A stretch of DNA of 64,000 nt from an uncultured Pseudobdellovibrionaceae bacterium (GCA_963803705.1 CAWDNU010000004.1:320001-384000), one strand, 5' to 3'. Positions 1-10,572 are shown, counted from the stretch's first letter. The notes: generated from the sequence alone by a model not told the origin. Translations and numbers: made by a program.

Positions 1-25
1 GTTTTACTTAAAAAAATAGGATATC

Positions 26-589
26 ATGTACTCGACGTCGGACTTTAAAAAAAACTTAAAAATTTTATTAGATGGTGATCCATACGCTGTTGTTGATTTC
101 CAACACGTTAAACCTGGTAAGGGCAATCAGTTCACCCGAACTAAGTTAAAGAACATTCTTACCGGTAGCAATTTAGAACGCACTTTTAAGTCTGGTGAAA
201 AATTTGGTGTTCCAGACTTAGAATTTCGTGATGTTACTTACCTTTACGAAGATTCAAGTTTCAACTTTATGGACCAAAATAATTTCGAGCAATTTCAACT
301 GAGCTCTGACGTGTTGGGAAATGCAAGGCTGTTTTTAAAAGAAAGCCTTGATGTTAGTATGATACTGTTTAACGGAAGAGCTATTTCTATAGACCTTCCC
401 AATCATGTTATCTTAAAAATAGCTCAAACAGACCCTGGACTAAAGGGCAATACGGTATCTAACACTACTAAACCTGCAACATTAGAATCTGGGGCTGTAG
501 TTCAAGTCCCCTTACACATCAATCAGGGTGATCTTGTTAAAGTTGAAACGGCTTCTGGATCTTATGTCGAAAGAGTTTCAAAAGAGTAG
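26..589 (+). CDS. efp: Elongation factor P
   Basis: HVKPGKG loop, TxPGLKGNTV and KPATLESGAVVQVPLHI motifs; 187 aa. Confidence 0.97.
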   Translation: MYSTSDFKKNLKILLDGDPYAVVDFQHVKPGKGNQFTRTKLKNILTGSNLERTFKSGEKFGVPDLEFRDVTYLYEDSSFNFMDQNNFEQFQLSSDVLGNARLFLKESLDVSMILFNGRAISIDLPNHVILKIAQTDPGLKGNTVSNTTKPATLESGAVVQVPLHINQGDLVKVETASGSYVERVSKE

Positions 590-654
590 ATATTCACTTT
601 TACAAAAAACCAGGACTTTAGTTTAATTGGATCCTGTAACAGCCTAAAAACACA

Positions 655-681
655 CAAGAATTTTAAAAAAAGCACCGATAA
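655..681 (+). promoter_or_regulatory. Putative sigma28 (FliA)-type promoter
   Basis: CAAG-N15-ACCGATAA; CCGATA ends 7 nt before the ATG at 688. Confidence 0.5.
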
Positions 682-687
682 GAAAGT

Positions 688-1719
688 ATGGTCTCGTTCT
701 TAAATGCAGTTAAAAAGTCAAAGGCAGATGAAGAAGTAATAGCTCTTCTTATGAATGAATATTTGTCTGATGAAAATTGGATTGAATTGACCTCAAGAAA
801 AGACATTCAGAAAATTTCGACATTTTTATGTCAGATTAATCATATGGTGGCACTTAAGACGCTTATCTTAACCTGTTTCAAACGAGTAGATAAAATGCCA
901 GGGGATGCATTGTTTTATTTTATAAGCAAAAATACTGAATTAAATATTTCTGAAAGTATTTTTGCAAAATTAGATCAAGAGTATTCTTTTTTTAAAACTT
1001 ATCTTTGTCCATTTGCTTTAAAAAAAGATTTCTACTTGGAGCAATTTGAAAAACAACACAGCATTTACTTGAAAAGATACAACAGAACAAAAGAGGATTT
1101 GGTGGACAAGCTTCAATTTGCTAGAACTCAAAGATTAGAGGCCGAGGTCAAAAAGACGTTGGAAAAGCTAATTGAAGCGTTTCCAGAAGATCCTAGTTTC
1201 GTGAAAGAAAAAGGCTTATACTTTGAAAAAGAGGCTGCAAGAATAATTGATAAAAATACAAAATTCTATGCTGACCATAAAAAGAGCAGCCACAGCCTGC
1301 CCAATTACACCCCTCTTTTTAACGCAAATGAAGTCTATGAGGTTATTAAAGGTGATTTCGAGGGTCAGAATTTAGTTTATCTTTTAGAGATTTTTTTACT
1401 AGCAGGTGAAGACGAGACCGCTTTAAAAATTATAAATAAAAACAAATCGTTAAAAATAGATTTTTTTTGGAACTTTATTGATCTTTTGATTGTTAAAAAA
1501 AGGTACTTAGAAGCACTTGCGGAAATTAAAGAGATGAAAGACATTAAGACAACCGATGATCAATTCAATTACTACTATTTTACGGCAATATGCTTATGGA
1601 ATCTAAACGACAAACAAACTGCTCTCGATACCATGAAATCAATCGCTAAAATTAAACCCCAGTTCAAACAAACACAGATTTACTTAAATCTCTGGCAATA
1701 TAGCAATGAAGTGGCTTAA
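688..1719 (+). CDS. Helical/TPR-like hypothetical protein
   Basis: C-terminal TPR-like helices (RYLEALAEI; YYFTAICLWNL..KQTAL..MKSIAKIKPQF); overlaps the tamB start. Confidence 0.6.
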   Translation: MVSFLNAVKKSKADEEVIALLMNEYLSDENWIELTSRKDIQKISTFLCQINHMVALKTLILTCFKRVDKMPGDALFYFISKNTELNISESIFAKLDQEYSFFKTYLCPFALKKDFYLEQFEKQHSIYLKRYNRTKEDLVDKLQFARTQRLEAEVKKTLEKLIEAFPEDPSFVKEKGLYFEKEAARIIDKNTKFYADHKKSSHSLPNYTPLFNANEVYEVIKGDFEGQNLVYLLEIFLLAGEDETALKIINKNKSLKIDFFWNFIDLLIVKKRYLEALAEIKEMKDIKTTDDQFNYYYFTAICLWNLNDKQTALDTMKSIAKIKPQFKQTQIYLNLWQYSNEVA

Positions 1720-4700
1720 TTTTCGAAATGTTTTTTTACTTGCACTGCTGCTAACTCTAGGCTTAGTGCTCACGCTGCTTAAGCCATTTGCTGAAACTGA
1801 AATAAAAAAAATGATCGCCAGCAAGGTTGTTACGATCCAAGCCATTCGCGACTTCGAACTGAAAGACTTAAAAGTTGGTTTGCTTCCGCCGAGCGTTGAA
1901 TTTAAAAGTGTAAGTTTTCTTTTGACAGACCAGCCAGAACTCAAAAGAATAAAGGTTCAGCGACTAAAAATCTATCCTGAGATAATCAGGCTTCTAAGTT
2001 TCGAATTTAAACTAAAAAATATTTATGCTAAGGGTCTAAATCTAGAGTTTGAAAATGCGACAAAAAAACCAGAGCCTCTGCAGATTAAATTTAACTATTC
2101 GACACTAACTTCACTGCCAGTAAAGAGCGTTTACATTGAAGACTCTAAGGTCAAATATAACTCTGATTACTTAGATATCGGATACTTCAGTTTTAAAAGG
2201 AAATGGAATCGATTCGAGGTTCATTCAGATTTAAACACAGTAAGATTTTTTGACAGCACGCCTGATATAAAAGTTAATAGACTATCCTTGGTCATACAAA
2301 AAGACAAAACGAAGCTTCAACAACTTAGTATGTTGTCTAAGGATTCAAATTTGCAGTTAGGCTTTGAAATCAATAAGCCTTTCAACGAAAAACTGCTTAA
2401 ACTAAATTTTGTGGAGTCAACTGATATCAGAATGACTTCAAGGTTAAATTTAGAAAACTTTAAATTTTTAATTGAGAAACATCTGGACAAGAAAGTGAAA
2501 AAACTTTCTGGTCAGGCACAGATATTAGTCTACAAATCAGCGAGAAACAAAAAAAAGGAACTTGAGTTTACTGTTGAGGCTGAAAACTTAAATTATGATA
2601 ACTTTTTTGTGAAAAATTTATCTACAAACGGTATTGCAGATATCAATAGAATTAAGGTAAATGCGATCAAAATCAAAAATGACGATTTGGTATTAAAAAG
2701 TAAAAAATTAATTTTAAAAAAAAATGGCGGTTCCTACTCTTTGAGTTTTAATGGAGATGTAGAGTCATTCGAAGTTGGTGGTTTTCTAAGTAATAATGTA
2801 GGCACAGGAACGGTTCCAGTAAATTTGCCGAGCAAATTTACTTACCGGTGTTTTGGCTTGGTACACCCTAGTTTAGGCTTAAAGTGTGATGTGAGTGGAA
2901 GCCTAGGTAAGCTTCATATTTGGGGGGACTCTAAACGAAAGAAACAAACAACAATCTTAAAGCTTAGCCCAAGTAAGGTTGAAGGCCAGGCTTACCTTGA
3001 AAATGAAAAAATGTCTTTTAATTCTTTTCATGAATTTGAAAGCTCGCAGGTCGCATTTGAAGGGGAAGTAGATTATGTAAAAGGCTTTAATGTCGAATAT
3101 GTATCTGATTTTTTTAATTTTTCTGACGTAGAATCTTTAGCTAACATACCTGTAAAAGGCTTTGGCAATGTGAAAGGAACAACTTCTGGTTCATTAATGG
3201 GTGGCGTAATAGACCTTAAAGCAGATATGTCCAATTTTTCATTTTTTAAATATAACTTTGGACAAGTAGTCGGTGACTTCAGATATGAAAAACAGAACTT
3301 ACTTTTTCAAAATCTAAGATCAGCGATTGGCGAATCGTTAATTAAGGCAGATATTAGTTTTGATCTAAAAAATAACTTTATCAAAACTGTAGCCAATTCA
3401 AAACAAATTACAATCAAAGATCTTTTATTTGCTGTTAAAGACATCGCGGTTCCTCCGGTTTATTTATCTGGAGACGGTAAACTTGACATAGTGGCTGAAG
3501 GACCTTTGGATTTAGGTCAGATGACTTATGATATCGCCGGTGAATTTAATGAAGGCTTGATATACAAAGACAGATACAGAGATTTAAAAATAAGTGTAAA
3601 AGCTGTCAGAGGCCAGGTTACTACAGAAAATTCATTAACTTATTTAGGTGATAAAATAAATATTCAAGGATCAGCAGACCCAAATGGAATTGTTGATATT
3701 ATTGCGATGGGTGATAGCTTAAATTTGTCTCGAATAAAAGCTGTCAAAGACTTAGGTGTCCAGGTTTCTGGCTTAGCACAGGTTCAAGTTCACCTGACAG
3801 ACTTTATACTGCTTCCCGTAGTTAAGGGACAGTTTAAATCCGCAAATATCAATGAAGAGTATAACCAACTTGGATCTTCTAGTTTTGATTTTGTGATTCA
3901 CAAAAATTATTCTGAAATTTACGGAAATGCATTCGATTCGGTAAGTGGAAGTGCTTTTATACCACATAATTCAGATGGAAAGTTTATGATGAACATGGAG
4001 CTAACTAAGCTCGATCCTTTCAAATTTATGAGCCTTTTTGATTCTAAGATTTCTAAGGTTGGCTCTAACACTGAGCTTAGCGGACGTATAGACGTTCAAG
4101 CCCCGACATTAAAATTAAAAAATATTAATGGCGAACTGCTTTTGACTCAGGTTTATTTTAAAGCGGAACGAAACACCCTAAATTTGAAAGATTCGGCAAC
4201 GGTTAAAATTGTAAATGGATCACCAGAAGGAGAAATTGAATTTTTAGACCATCAAGACAACGCCTTGAAGCTTCTATTAACCAAAAACGATAATCACCTT
4301 AAAGGCTCAATTGGACTAGGGTTTTTAAGAACTCTTTTGCCTAATATCGACGAAATTCAGGGCGAATTAGAGCTTGATTCGAAGTTTGTATTGCTGCCTA
4401 AGTTCGGTTTTGTTGAAGGTAAAGGGAAAATAAAAGATTTGAGTTTACGAATAGAAAATTTAATTCACAGCTTTAAGGATATTTTCGTAGATTTGAATTT
4501 TGCAGGTGAAAATATTTATCTTTCATCAATCAACGGATTGTTTGCAAATGGTCAAATTCAGGGTGAAGGTAAGGTTTTTTTTGAAGATGGTATTGGCGTT
4601 GATATTTCAGGAAAAGTTGATCGCGTGAATCTAAATATTCCACAAGACTTTAGATCAGTGGTTTCTGGTGACTACTACATTAGAGGAGTTGGCTTTCCTT

Positions 4701-5632
4701 ACGTTTTTGGTGGAGACTTTAAAGTTTTAAAAGGTAATTTTGAAATGGAGTTTGAAAGTGGAAACTCCGAACAATATGTTGTAATTCCAAGTAAACTATT
4801 ACCTAAATCAAGGGCTGTAGTAAGTGCATTGAATTTGGACATTAACGTAAAAAGTGCGAGACCAATTACAGTCGATAACTCTTATATAGATGGTGATGCT
4901 ACCGCTGACTTAAGAATTAAAGGTTCTCCCTCTCAACCAATTTTAAGAGGACAGGTGCGACTACTAAGTGATTCTAAGATTATTTTTCAGAGCAACAAGT
5001 TTAATGTTAATTCAGGTCTTGTTGTTTTTAATTCCGTCAGTCCTGAACGGGGCACTTTGAATATAGACGCAAGTGCCAGAATTAAAGATTTTGTCGACAT
5101 ACTTGAACGGGAGTACGATATTAGAATGTTGATTCAAGGCACTGGATCTAACCCGCAAATAAGCTTTTCAAGCCAACCGGACCTAACAGAGCCCCAAATC
5201 TTATCGTTCCTGGCATTTGGTATGCTTGAAAATAATTCGTTAAATCAAGAGATCAGCTTAGGAGATCAGCAAGCTCAGACAGGATACCAGCTTGGCGGTA
5301 TATTTTTGAAAAATAAGTTTGCTAAAGACATACAAGATAGATTGGGGTTACAATTTAACTTTACATCATCTTACGAAAATCAAGATGTAAGCCCAAAGAT
5401 AGTGGTTGAAAAGAAGTTCAATGCTAAATTTTCACTTTCAGGAAGTAGAACGCTCGGCGCATTTCAAAAAAATACTTTGCGTGGAGAGTATAAAATTAAC
5501 AGAAAATTGTCTATAATAGGTTTGTATGAAAATTTGGATCTCGATAATCAAGCAACTCTTAACCGTGCCCGTCTCATTGATGGTAACAACGTTTTGGGTA
5601 TGGATTTGCAGTACAATGTTGAGTTCCAATAG
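1706..5632 (+). CDS. tamB: TamB / AsmA-like translocation and assembly module protein
   Basis: N-terminal TM anchor, 1308-aa beta-taco-like sequence, DUF490-like C-terminus (LRIKGSPSQPILRG; FSSQPDLTEPQILSFLAFG); next to an Omp85 gene. Confidence 0.88.
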   Translation: MKWLNFRNVFLLALLLTLGLVLTLLKPFAETEIKKMIASKVVTIQAIRDFELKDLKVGLLPPSVEFKSVSFLLTDQPELKRIKVQRLKIYPEIIRLLSFEFKLKNIYAKGLNLEFENATKKPEPLQIKFNYSTLTSLPVKSVYIEDSKVKYNSDYLDIGYFSFKRKWNRFEVHSDLNTVRFFDSTPDIKVNRLSLVIQKDKTKLQQLSMLSKDSNLQLGFEINKPFNEKLLKLNFVESTDIRMTSRLNLENFKFLIEKHLDKKVKKLSGQAQILVYKSARNKKKELEFTVEAENLNYDNFFVKNLSTNGIADINRIKVNAIKIKNDDLVLKSKKLILKKNGGSYSLSFNGDVESFEVGGFLSNNVGTGTVPVNLPSKFTYRCFGLVHPSLGLKCDVSGSLGKLHIWGDSKRKKQTTILKLSPSKVEGQAYLENEKMSFNSFHEFESSQVAFEGEVDYVKGFNVEYVSDFFNFSDVESLANIPVKGFGNVKGTTSGSLMGGVIDLKADMSNFSFFKYNFGQVVGDFRYEKQNLLFQNLRSAIGESLIKADISFDLKNNFIKTVANSKQITIKDLLFAVKDIAVPPVYLSGDGKLDIVAEGPLDLGQMTYDIAGEFNEGLIYKDRYRDLKISVKAVRGQVTTENSLTYLGDKINIQGSADPNGIVDIIAMGDSLNLSRIKAVKDLGVQVSGLAQVQVHLTDFILLPVVKGQFKSANINEEYNQLGSSSFDFVIHKNYSEIYGNAFDSVSGSAFIPHNSDGKFMMNMELTKLDPFKFMSLFDSKISKVGSNTELSGRIDVQAPTLKLKNINGELLLTQVYFKAERNTLNLKDSATVKIVNGSPEGEIEFLDHQDNALKLLLTKNDNHLKGSIGLGFLRTLLPNIDEIQGELELDSKFVLLPKFGFVEGKGKIKDLSLRIENLIHSFKDIFVDLNFAGENIYLSSINGLFANGQIQGEGKVFFEDGIGVDISGKVDRVNLNIPQDFRSVVSGDYYIRGVGFPYVFGGDFKVLKGNFEMEFESGNSEQYVVIPSKLLPKSRAVVSALNLDINVKSARPITVDNSYIDGDATADLRIKGSPSQPILRGQVRLLSDSKIIFQSNKFNVNSGLVVFNSVSPERGTLNIDASARIKDFVDILEREYDIRMLIQGTGSNPQISFSSQPDLTEPQILSFLAFGMLENNSLNQEISLGDQQAQTGYQLGGIFLKNKFAKDIQDRLGLQFNFTSSYENQDVSPKIVVEKKFNAKFSLSGSRTLGAFQKNTLRGEYKINRKLSIIGLYENLDLDNQATLNRARLIDGNNVLGMDLQYNVEFQ

Positions 5633-7910
5633 CTGTGCTAAGTCTAAGGTGTCAGAAAAACCCTGGGCCGTTATTTCAAAATCTTCAGTTGTAACTAGAA
5701 AAGTAAAATCTATTTTAAAGCGTAATAAAAAGATCCAGATCTCAGAAATTGAACCTTTGCTGCAGAAAAAACTAAAGTCTGATCGTTATTTAACAGCAAA
5801 AATTAGTTTAAATTCGAAAGACAGAACTGTTCGTATTACTAGTGCTAGGAAGTACCTGATCTTATTTGAGGGAAATTCTTCACTTAGTAAACGATTTATA
5901 AAAAATGCTGTAGATTTAAATAATCTAACGAGCTCAGAAAAAACAATTAAGGACGATTTGGTTCTTAGAATTCGTCAAGCCTACACGAGAAGTGGTTTTA
6001 GCGATGTTAAAGTTAATGTAAACGAAGCTGACTTTAAAAAGAGCAATACGAAACGCTTGGTTTTTGTGATTGAGGAAGGCCCAGTTTACTCTTTTGATCG
6101 GATAACTATTGGAGGATCTTTTTCCAAAAATCCAAAATATTATTCTAAATTTTTAAAATCCAAAAGCTCTCAGCTTATAAAAAGTGGAAAATTTTCCAAA
6201 CCCGATATTGAAAATGGTCTTAATAATCTAATGACTCATTTAAAGAACCTGGGTTATTTAGAAGCATCGTACACGGGTTTAAGGATCGAACCAAAAAAAA
6301 ATTCTAGAAATAAAGTGCATATTTATTTTGATTTGTATGAGGGCCAACCGGTCCGTGTAAATAGCGTCAGATTTATTGGAAATAAGAGCATTGATAAAGA
6401 GTGGCTTCAAGTTCTTCTTGGGTTTGAAAGCTCTGATATTCTAAACTTTTACAAATTAGAAGAAGGAATCAAAAGGATATATGACTATTACTTATCCACG
6501 GGTTATCTAGAGATTGAAATAAATCCCGAACAAAACGACTTTGTAGACTTAAATTTAGAAAAACGAAGGGCAGACATTACAGTTGAGATCTTTGAAAGCG
6601 AAAAAGTGGTCGTTGGTGAGATAGAAGTCATAGGCCTTAAAAAGACTAAAAACTACGTTGTTAAAAATATTATAGGCTTTGAAATAGGCGATGTACTAAC
6701 TGTCGCAAAAATAAATTTATCTAAAAGCAGATTAAATCTAAGTGGACTTTTTAGCAAAGTGGATATCACTTATGATGAAGACTACAACGAGGCCCGAAAA
6801 GTTGTTATCGAGGTTGAAGAGAAAGCACCCGGAGTCTTTCAACTAGGCTTTGGAGCAAGATTTAACCAGAGGGCTTTATCCCTAAAAGGTTACACAGGAA
6901 TTTTATACCGAAATTTGGGCGGAACAGCACGGGCTATAAACACTAGACTCGAGTTACAGTCTAGAATTAATGAAAACGCTTATCCAGAACACAGGGCTTT
7001 TGTATCCTATTATGAACCCTACATCTTTAGCAAATTTATTAGAGGCCGTGTGACTGCGGATAGTTCTGAAAACATTTTTGAAATTACAAATGAGAGGGTT
7101 ACAATCTTTAGATCTTTGGGTGTAAATTTCGTGTTAGAAAATAATTTCAACCGCCATATAAGAGCCTCATGGACCGTGTTGGGAATTAATTTTACTAAAG
7201 AATTTGAGATTAATAACCTGAACCCTGAAATTCGTGAACAGATTGGTTTTTTCGGACCAAGTATACAGTTTGACTATCGTAACAATATACTTTTACCCAC
7301 TAAAGGTTATTTTGCCACGGCCCAAGCTGAATTCGCTTCACCCAATTTGGGGACCAGAGTCATCGCTGACAATAAAACAGACATTGTAAAGTACCTCAGG
7401 ACTGAAGGTTCTTACACGAAGTACACCACAGTTAACCCTAAGTTGGTTTTTGTTAACACTGTTCGTGGCGGCTGGTTAAGAAACCTAAGCGACAGCACAG
7501 CGAGTTTTCCTAAAAGTAGAGGTTTTTTCTTAGGGGGATCATCTACAATTCGCGGTTTTGATCCAAGTGATGGAGTAAATGAAAGAATTCCCTCAGACCA
7601 AGATCTTGGGGTAGACATTGGCGGGGGTGGCGTTCTAGAAGTTCCGGGCAATGCATATTATTATTTGATCAAAGCAGAAGCTAGGTTTCCTTTGTTTAGC
7701 GAATTTTGGGGGTCTTTGTTTTACGATGGCGGTTCAGTTCTGATTGATAAACTAGTTCAAAAAGATGCCTACAGGGATGCTGCTGGCTTCGGACTGAGGT
7801 GGAACACTCCCATCGGTGCCGTTTCAATAGACCTGGGATTCAAACTAGATCGTGACAAATCCAGGGGCGAAAGCCTGAATCGGGTCCATATAAATATCGG
7901 AACTTTTTAA
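5580..7910 (+). CDS. Omp85 family (TamA/BamA-like) outer-membrane protein with multiple POTRA domains
   Basis: POTRA repeats (IEEGP, YEGQPVRV..VRFIGN), FFLGGSSTIRGF loop-6 motif, GFGLRWNTPIG, terminal F; start chosen at a signal-peptide-like ATG and uncertain. Confidence 0.9.
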   Translation: MVTTFWVWICSTMLSSNSCAKSKVSEKPWAVISKSSVVTRKVKSILKRNKKIQISEIEPLLQKKLKSDRYLTAKISLNSKDRTVRITSARKYLILFEGNSSLSKRFIKNAVDLNNLTSSEKTIKDDLVLRIRQAYTRSGFSDVKVNVNEADFKKSNTKRLVFVIEEGPVYSFDRITIGGSFSKNPKYYSKFLKSKSSQLIKSGKFSKPDIENGLNNLMTHLKNLGYLEASYTGLRIEPKKNSRNKVHIYFDLYEGQPVRVNSVRFIGNKSIDKEWLQVLLGFESSDILNFYKLEEGIKRIYDYYLSTGYLEIEINPEQNDFVDLNLEKRRADITVEIFESEKVVVGEIEVIGLKKTKNYVVKNIIGFEIGDVLTVAKINLSKSRLNLSGLFSKVDITYDEDYNEARKVVIEVEEKAPGVFQLGFGARFNQRALSLKGYTGILYRNLGGTARAINTRLELQSRINENAYPEHRAFVSYYEPYIFSKFIRGRVTADSSENIFEITNERVTIFRSLGVNFVLENNFNRHIRASWTVLGINFTKEFEINNLNPEIREQIGFFGPSIQFDYRNNILLPTKGYFATAQAEFASPNLGTRVIADNKTDIVKYLRTEGSYTKYTTVNPKLVFVNTVRGGWLRNLSDSTASFPKSRGFFLGGSSTIRGFDPSDGVNERIPSDQDLGVDIGGGGVLEVPGNAYYYLIKAEARFPLFSEFWGSLFYDGGSVLIDKLVQKDAYRDAAGFGLRWNTPIGAVSIDLGFKLDRDKSRGESLNRVHINIGTF

Positions 7911-7985
7911 TCCACGACATCTTTTCACTATGCAAGTCAGGCATATGATAGCACAAGTTATGTCCCTACAGATGAATGTTCAAAT

Positions 7986-8279
7986 TTGGGTGCCACCATA
8001 CAAATTGACATAGTTTTTGGTGATATTAAAATTATAACCAAAACACACCCCCTACCAATATTTATAAACCTAACCACAGATGAGGTTGCAATTTCTGAAC
8101 AGATCTTGACGGAGTTTGAAGAGACTGTAGATAGAGAAATTTCTGTTAAAAATCGTGTTTCAAGGATTAGCCTTAGCATGAAAGATGGATCTAGAATGAT
8201 TGATTCAAGCAATAAAAAATCAATAGATGGAAAGCTAGTTGATGATTATATCTGCTCTGTAAGAAATTCTAAGTGGTAG
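7986..8279 (+). CDS. Hypothetical protein
   Basis: 97-aa ORF with TTG start, followed by a hairpin; no recognisable motif. Confidence 0.35.
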   Translation: MGATIQIDIVFGDIKIITKTHPLPIFINLTTDEVAISEQILTEFEETVDREISVKNRVSRISLSMKDGSRMIDSSNKKSIDGKLVDDYICSVRNSKW

Positions 8280-8291
8280 CCAGAAATACTT

Positions 8292-8316
8292 ACCGCGCTT
8301 CGCTGGCGGTTTTCTT
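8292..8316 (+). terminator. Possible intrinsic terminator
   Basis: ACCGC-loop-GCGGT followed by TTTCTT, between convergent genes. Confidence 0.45.
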
Positions 8317-8320
8317 GTGC

Positions 8321-9190
8321 TCACCTGCGGTGGGCGAAAGTGGATTCTCGTTTGAAGGCGTAACCTTTTTTCTTTTCGATTTTAAAACCGGAAGATTTTA
8401 AGGATCTGGTTAGGTTTCCAACTTTAGCATATGTGCTAAATATGCAAAAATTCGGATCAGCTAATTTTTTTATCATTAACGTTAGAAAGTCCTCATTCCA
8501 AAGTTCATTTTGAGTGTTCGAACTAAAAGCGTCATACAGAATCAAATGAAAATTATTGGAATTAGTACTTAAGTTACTTTCAGTAAATGGACCTTCGAAA
8601 AAAATTTGACCACTGCTATTTTGCAAGTTTGATGTTTCTGGTTCGGACTGGTTCATCTTGTTTCGACTGAAACTTAATTTATAATCTCTTAGAAAAAAGT
8701 CACTAAAACCAACTTTTAATTCCTCAATTTTTAAATCAAATTTGGTTTTGTATAAATCAGTGATATCTGATTCAATCTTCAAACCTCTTAGAATCATCAA
8801 AAACAAATGGTAATTGATTTCGAATAATGTCTGTAGGGACTTGTCAGACTCGTAGGTATGGACTTCAAATGCTTGGCCGACTTTCAAACATTCGCAAATA
8901 ACTATAAGTTCAACATACCCTAAACCTAGCCCCATCGAAAAAACACTAAAAGTCTTTTTTCGATCAAAAGTTTTAAGCGCTTGTCTAACCGCGTCCCCAT
9001 AAATGAATTGGCTTTCAGAGTAAGCTCCTTGCAAAGAATGCATCCACTCTGATGGCTCTAAAAATGACTTTAGGGTCAACGACCCATCCTTGGTTAAAAC
9101 CCAGCTGTAACTAAAAAAATTTTCTGAACACGCCGCCGAACATTGAATATCTAGGATGGACTGATCGACCTGTAAATGTTGTAAATTCAC
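8321..9190 (-). CDS. Stand-alone MnmC-type (MnmD-like) tRNA mnm5s2U34 methyltransferase
   Basis: TKDGSLTL..MHS.QGAYSES, MGLGLGY SAM motif, YDAFSS..QNELW, STYA, GF..EKKKGYAFKRE; no FAD-oxidase domain; start uncertain (the ORF-track start at 9343 overlaps the divergent gene). Confidence 0.85.
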   Translation of the reverse strand: MNLQHLQVDQSILDIQCSAACSENFFSYSWVLTKDGSLTLKSFLEPSEWMHSLQGAYSESQFIYGDAVRQALKTFDRKKTFSVFSMGLGLGYVELIVICECLKVGQAFEVHTYESDKSLQTLFEINYHLFLMILRGLKIESDITDLYKTKFDLKIEELKVGFSDFFLRDYKLSFSRNKMNQSEPETSNLQNSSGQIFFEGPFTESNLSTNSNNFHLILYDAFSSNTQNELWNEDFLTLMIKKLADPNFCIFSTYAKVGNLTRSLKSSGFKIEKKKGYAFKRESTFAHRR

Positions 9191-9283
9191 TGCTATTGAA
9201 TTTCTTGTAGTTTCACTGCCCTTGCCAGGCTCTAAAGAACTTAAGTGTTGACCTAAGTTTGAATTTTGACCCATAACCATCAT

Positions 9284-10279
9284 ATGAACGGTATAAAATG
9301 GAAAGGCAATCCCTATTTTCCCATAAGCGAGCGCTACAACCAAATCTTTGGTGAAAAGGTCTATAAAATACCTGTTACCACTGTTGACGACTGCCCAAAC
9401 CGCAGGGGCTTAAAAGGTATGCAAACTTGCATATTTTGTGATGTGTGGGGCTCAGCTGCCCGCGCTGAATCGATCACTATGAACTTAAAAGATCAAATTA
9501 TAAAGTATCGCGCTCACATCAAAAATAGATTTGGTGCTAAAAAATTTCTTATCTATTTTCAAGCATACACAAACAGTTTTGAAAAGATTGAAACTTTACG
9601 TCAGCAGTTCGAAACCTGCTTAGAATTCGAAGATGTACTTGGGTTTGTAGTTGGTACAAGGCCTGATTGTATTTCGCCTAAACTTTTTAAATTGTGGCAA
9701 GAATTTCATGAAAAAAAATATGTATCTGTAGAAATTGGTGCTCAAAGCTTTAATGACAAGCATCTGGAATTTATGAAAAGGGGGCACAATTCAAATAGCA
9801 CAATAAGTGCAATTCACCGAATACATGAAAATACATCTGTAGATTTAGGATTACATTTGATGTTCGGCTGGCCAGGGGAAACAGCAAGCGAAGTGATCGA
9901 AGCTGCTCATATCTGTAACGACTTGCCAATTTCAAATGTTAAGCTTCACAACTTACATGTTTTATCTGATACACCCTTGGCAAATCTTTACATGGAAAAT
10001 AAATTTACCCCGATCGAGCTTCAGGCCTATGCAAATCTTGTAGTTCAATTTGTTGAAAACTTAAAACCTGATATTGCAGTCCATAGGTTAGCTGCTTTAG
10101 CTTCAAGACATGACGAACTGATAGCGCCAGAATGGACAAAACATAAAATGAGAACCTTTCAGGTAATTGTTGATGAATTTAAAAAAACTAACAGTTTTCA
10201 AGGTAAAGCTCTTTTTAATACAGCGTACCCACCTGAATCTCATTTGATACCAGAGTCCTTTCGTACTAGTACTATTTAA
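9284..10279 (+). CDS. TIGR01212 (YhcC/YtqA-MnmL family) radical SAM protein
   Basis: C-x11-C-x2-C (CPNRRGLKGMQTCIFC), YFQAYTN, GTRPDC, KLHNLHV, FQGK motifs. Confidence 0.92.
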   Translation: MNGIKWKGNPYFPISERYNQIFGEKVYKIPVTTVDDCPNRRGLKGMQTCIFCDVWGSAARAESITMNLKDQIIKYRAHIKNRFGAKKFLIYFQAYTNSFEKIETLRQQFETCLEFEDVLGFVVGTRPDCISPKLFKLWQEFHEKKYVSVEIGAQSFNDKHLEFMKRGHNSNSTISAIHRIHENTSVDLGLHLMFGWPGETASEVIEAAHICNDLPISNVKLHNLHVLSDTPLANLYMENKFTPIELQAYANLVVQFVENLKPDIAVHRLAALASRHDELIAPEWTKHKMRTFQVIVDEFKKTNSFQGKALFNTAYPPESHLIPESFRTSTI

Positions 10280-10281
10280 GC

Positions 10282-10572
10282 ATGAATAAGAAAATAAAAT
10301 CTTTTAAGACCCAACTTTTTGTTTGCACCAATCCCTCTGGCTGTGCGTTCTTAGGTGGCCAAAAATTAAGGGATGACATTAAATTTAAACTGATACAAAA
10401 ACTTGGGGTTGAAAAGTTTAAAAAAAATGTTCGTATCAACAATTCAGGATGTCTTGGTGACTGCTCTGAAGGCATTGCTGCTTGCCAGATGCCGCAAAAT
10501 AATTTTTGGACTAACCTTACACCAAAAGATTCTGCTCGAATGATTGAAGAGGTTTTGAAATATGTCGAATAG
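10282..10572 (+). CDS. Thioredoxin-like [2Fe-2S] ferredoxin
   Basis: FVCTN..GC ... RINNSGCLGDCSEG. Confidence 0.85.
   Translation: MNKKIKSFKTQLFVCTNPSGCAFLGGQKLRDDIKFKLIQKLGVEKFKKNVRINNSGCLGDCSEGIAACQMPQNNFWTNLTPKDSARMIEEVLKYVE

Noticed and set aside
9191..9343. N-terminal extension of the methyltransferase in the ORF track
   Set aside because: Overlaps the divergent radical SAM start and has no family-like sequence
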